IMG/VR virus record: IMGVR_UViG_3300022856_000004
DNA from: an uncultured virus (IMG/VR IMGVR_UViG_3300022856_000004)
Lineage: Duplodnaviria; Heunggongvirae; Uroviricota; Caudoviricetes
Length of the DNA stretch: 20,000 bases
Reading direction: 5' to 3' (one strand)
Position numbers and translations under genes: made by a program
Shown: positions 18,308 through 20,000 of the stretch, in pieces
Numbering within the stretch: the first letter of the stretch is position 1
Layout of the letters: each line of letters begins with the position of its first letter
The notes under the pieces: model-generated
Seen by the model: only the letters and a program-made list of their open reading frames with translations
Told to the model about the DNA's origin: nothing
The model's database searches: none

Positions 18308-18544
18308 ATGAATATACCATTACCGATACCAAATATAACTGACAAAGTTAAGCCATTGTACTTTTATGATTACGTGTGTTTATATATAGATATTAATACG
18401 TTAAAGTTAAGTGCTAAATACACTATAGGATCTGAATTTACAGTTCCAATTCATAGGACTGAGAATGATACTATCAATCTATATCATGATATATATAATT
18501 GGTATATAAGAAAAAAATTTGTTAATATGATTTCTTTTTCGTAA
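18308..18544 (+). CDS. Small hypothetical protein (78 aa)
   Basis: Likely ATG at 18308, 5 nt after ATATTTAT; the TTG start at 18272 would run through the palindromic operator. Confidence 0.6.
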   Translation: MNIPLPIPNITDKVKPLYFYDYVCLYIDINTLKLSAKYTIGSEFTVPIHRTENDTINLYHDIYNWYIRKKFVNMISFS

Positions 18545-18549
18545 GTTTG
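18518..18549 (+). promoter_or_regulatory. Bacteroidota primary-sigma promoter
   Basis: TTTG-ttaatatgatttctttttcg-TAAGTTTG, 20-nt spacer. Confidence 0.85.
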
Positions 18550-18580
18550 TATATTATTAATAATAATAAAGGATTTTAAT

Positions 18581-18775
18581 ATGTCAATACCTACAATTAA
18601 AGGTAAGAAGATAGTTGGTGACTTTAAATTTAGATACTCTAATGTATTTGAAGATAACAATATACAATACAAACAAGTCACTTTCAATATACCTATAGAC
18701 GTTAGTGATTCCAATATAGAATTATACGCTAATAAATTAAAAGATGATTTTATATCGGAGTTTACAGATGAGTGA
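18581..18775 (+). CDS. Hypothetical protein (64 aa)
   Basis: AAAGGA 7 nt upstream of ATG; first gene after a promoter. Confidence 0.7.
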   Translation: MSIPTIKGKKIVGDFKFRYSNVFEDNNIQYKQVTFNIPIDVSDSNIELYANKLKDDFISEFTDE

Positions 18776-18983
18776 TAATAAAATAACTATAGATATGGGA
18801 ATAGCTCCATTATCAACATTAACACTAATTTTCATAGTTTTAAAACTAACCAATATTATAACTTGGTCTTGGTTTTGGGTATTAAGTCCAACTCTGATAC
18901 CAATTGGATTATTGATATTCATTATATCAATTGTATTATTAGTAGGTTTATTTTATAATTTAAAAGATAGAACCGAAGATTAA
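18768..18983 (+). CDS. Small phage membrane protein (LKL-x4-WSW-x-WV-x2-P family)
   Basis: LIFIVLKLTNIITWSWFWVLSPTLIP; likely ATG at 18768 overlapping the previous gene end. Confidence 0.78.
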   Translation: MSDNKITIDMGIAPLSTLTLIFIVLKLTNIITWSWFWVLSPTLIPIGLLIFIISIVLLVGLFYNLKDRTED

Positions 18984-19714
18984 TTCTTTGGTTCTATTAT
19001 TTTAACTATTTCTACTGGTAAGGTGTCTAATATACTCTTATATTCTACAATAAACTTATTTTCTTTGTAAAACATAGCTAATCCAATAGGATCTGATATA
19101 TTTGTGGTTGGTATAGATTTAACCTTATTTAAGCAATATAAATTAGAATTATTTGATATTGACCAGAAATAACATCTATTATACTCAAAATCAGTTGTAT
19201 TTACAGTTATTGAGTTGGAATTACAATATACTTGTTGAATTACATTACCAACTTCGTCAGTTATATCCATAGTAACAGGCTCATCAGACTTCCAAGTTAA
19301 TAATATTTCATTACCTACGAAATACGTTGAATATGGATATGATATTTTACCTCTATTACCCATAGTAGACCTTTCTACAGCACCAAGAGTGTAACTATTA
19401 CCCCCAGAAGATAATAAATCATCTGAGTCTTGCAAATCAGATAATAATTTATTAGCTAAATGAGAATTTACATCTGAATTTTTTAATGAATTCATAACTA
19501 TTATCTTTGATACAGAATATACACCTACATTATCAAATTTTACATTGTCATTTATAGATAATGATGAATTTTTTTTAATTTTTATCATATCAGATAAAGA
19601 TAAAACTTGATTTTTTGTGATTTTTTTGTTTTTTAGATATACATCACCATCTACAGATGTAACTTTGTATGTAGTTGATAGCAATATATTCATTAGTAAT
19701 AGTAATATAAACAT
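18980..19714 (-). CDS. Exported protein with FecR-like N-terminus and DUF928-like C-terminal region
   Basis: Signal-peptide-like N-terminus; KVTSVDGDV...L-x3-D-x-I-x5-SSLSI, then LGAVERS, LLTW and YFWSI. Confidence 0.55.
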   Translation of the reverse strand: MFILLLLMNILLSTTYKVTSVDGDVYLKNKKITKNQVLSLSDMIKIKKNSSLSINDNVKFDNVGVYSVSKIIVMNSLKNSDVNSHLANKLLSDLQDSDDLLSSGGNSYTLGAVERSTMGNRGKISYPYSTYFVGNEILLTWKSDEPVTMDITDEVGNVIQQVYCNSNSITVNTTDFEYNRCYFWSISNNSNLYCLNKVKSIPTTNISDPIGLAMFYKENKFIVEYKSILDTLPVEIVKIIEPKN

Positions 19715-19759
19715 GTAATAACCTTTAAATTGATTGTGTTATAATAAATATAAATAAAA

Positions 19760-19791
19760 TTTGCATAAGTCAATATTTTTTCGTAAGTTTG
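19760..19791 (+). promoter_or_regulatory. Bacteroidota primary-sigma promoter
   Basis: TTTG-cataagtcaatattttttcg-TAAGTTTG, 20-nt spacer. Confidence 0.85.
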
Positions 19792-19824
19792 TATATTATT
19801 TAATAATAAATAGTGATTTATTGT

Positions 19825-20000
19825 ATGGGTGGAAATATTTTCAAATCATCTGTTAGATGTGATAAAAGCACGGTTAATCGTATAACGAGTGATATTACTA
19901 ATGAATATACATATAAGTTCAGATTAAAATCTGAGGGAGTGTTATTTTATAAAGAAAAGGATTCATTCGGTGATATAGACATTCTGATAGAAGTTGATGA
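19825..20000 (+). CDS. Pol-beta superfamily nucleotidyltransferase, N-terminal fragment (runs off window; not in ORF track)
   Basis: Manual translation MGGNIFKSSVRCDKSTVNRITSDITNEYTYKFRLKSEGVLFYKEKDSFGDIDILIEVD; GDIDIL carries the D-x-D metal motif as in PolX-like enzymes. Confidence 0.72.
   Translation, partial: MGGNIFKSSVRCDKSTVNRITSDITNEYTYKFRLKSEGVLFYKEKDSFGDIDILIEVD

Noticed and set aside
16644..18922. Short minus-strand ORFs at 16644, 18484 and 18737
   Set aside because: Antisense to better-supported plus-strand genes that have promoters or SD motifs.

Overview
Very AT-rich segment (roughly a quarter G+C by eye) of a large tailed phage genome, most likely a myovirus of a Bacteroidota/FCB-group host, using the standard genetic code. 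Bases 1-9.7 kb (minus strand) are a tightly packed baseplate module: a large virion protein whose reading frame breaks at about 1330 and continues as a LamG-like ORF, a DNRLRE-like protein, DUF1353, a gp6-like wedge, a gp25-like protein and a probable spike/hub. Bases 9.7-15.4 kb (minus) hold a gp55-like sigma factor candidate, an HD-fold protein with substituted catalytic residues, a lysozyme-like muralytic enzyme, a membrane coiled-coil protein, a SAM methyltransferase, DUF4494 and YopX. Bases 15.5-16.6 kb are a non-coding strand-switch region with an extreme AT tract, palindromes and two hairpin repeats (origin candidate). Bases 16.6-20 kb are small accessory genes: an Acb1-like 2H phosphoesterase, Hsp20, a FecR/DUF928-like exported protein and a Pol-beta-type nucleotidyltransferase. 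The strongest non-obvious signals are regulatory: four exact Bacteroidota TTTG-N20-TAAGTTTG promoters coexisting with widespread Shine-Dalgarno motifs, a recurring ATATTTAT putative late promoter, and a sigma54-like element with two in-phase TGAC-N5-GTCA palindromes before hsp20. All family assignments are from motif recognition, not database searches.
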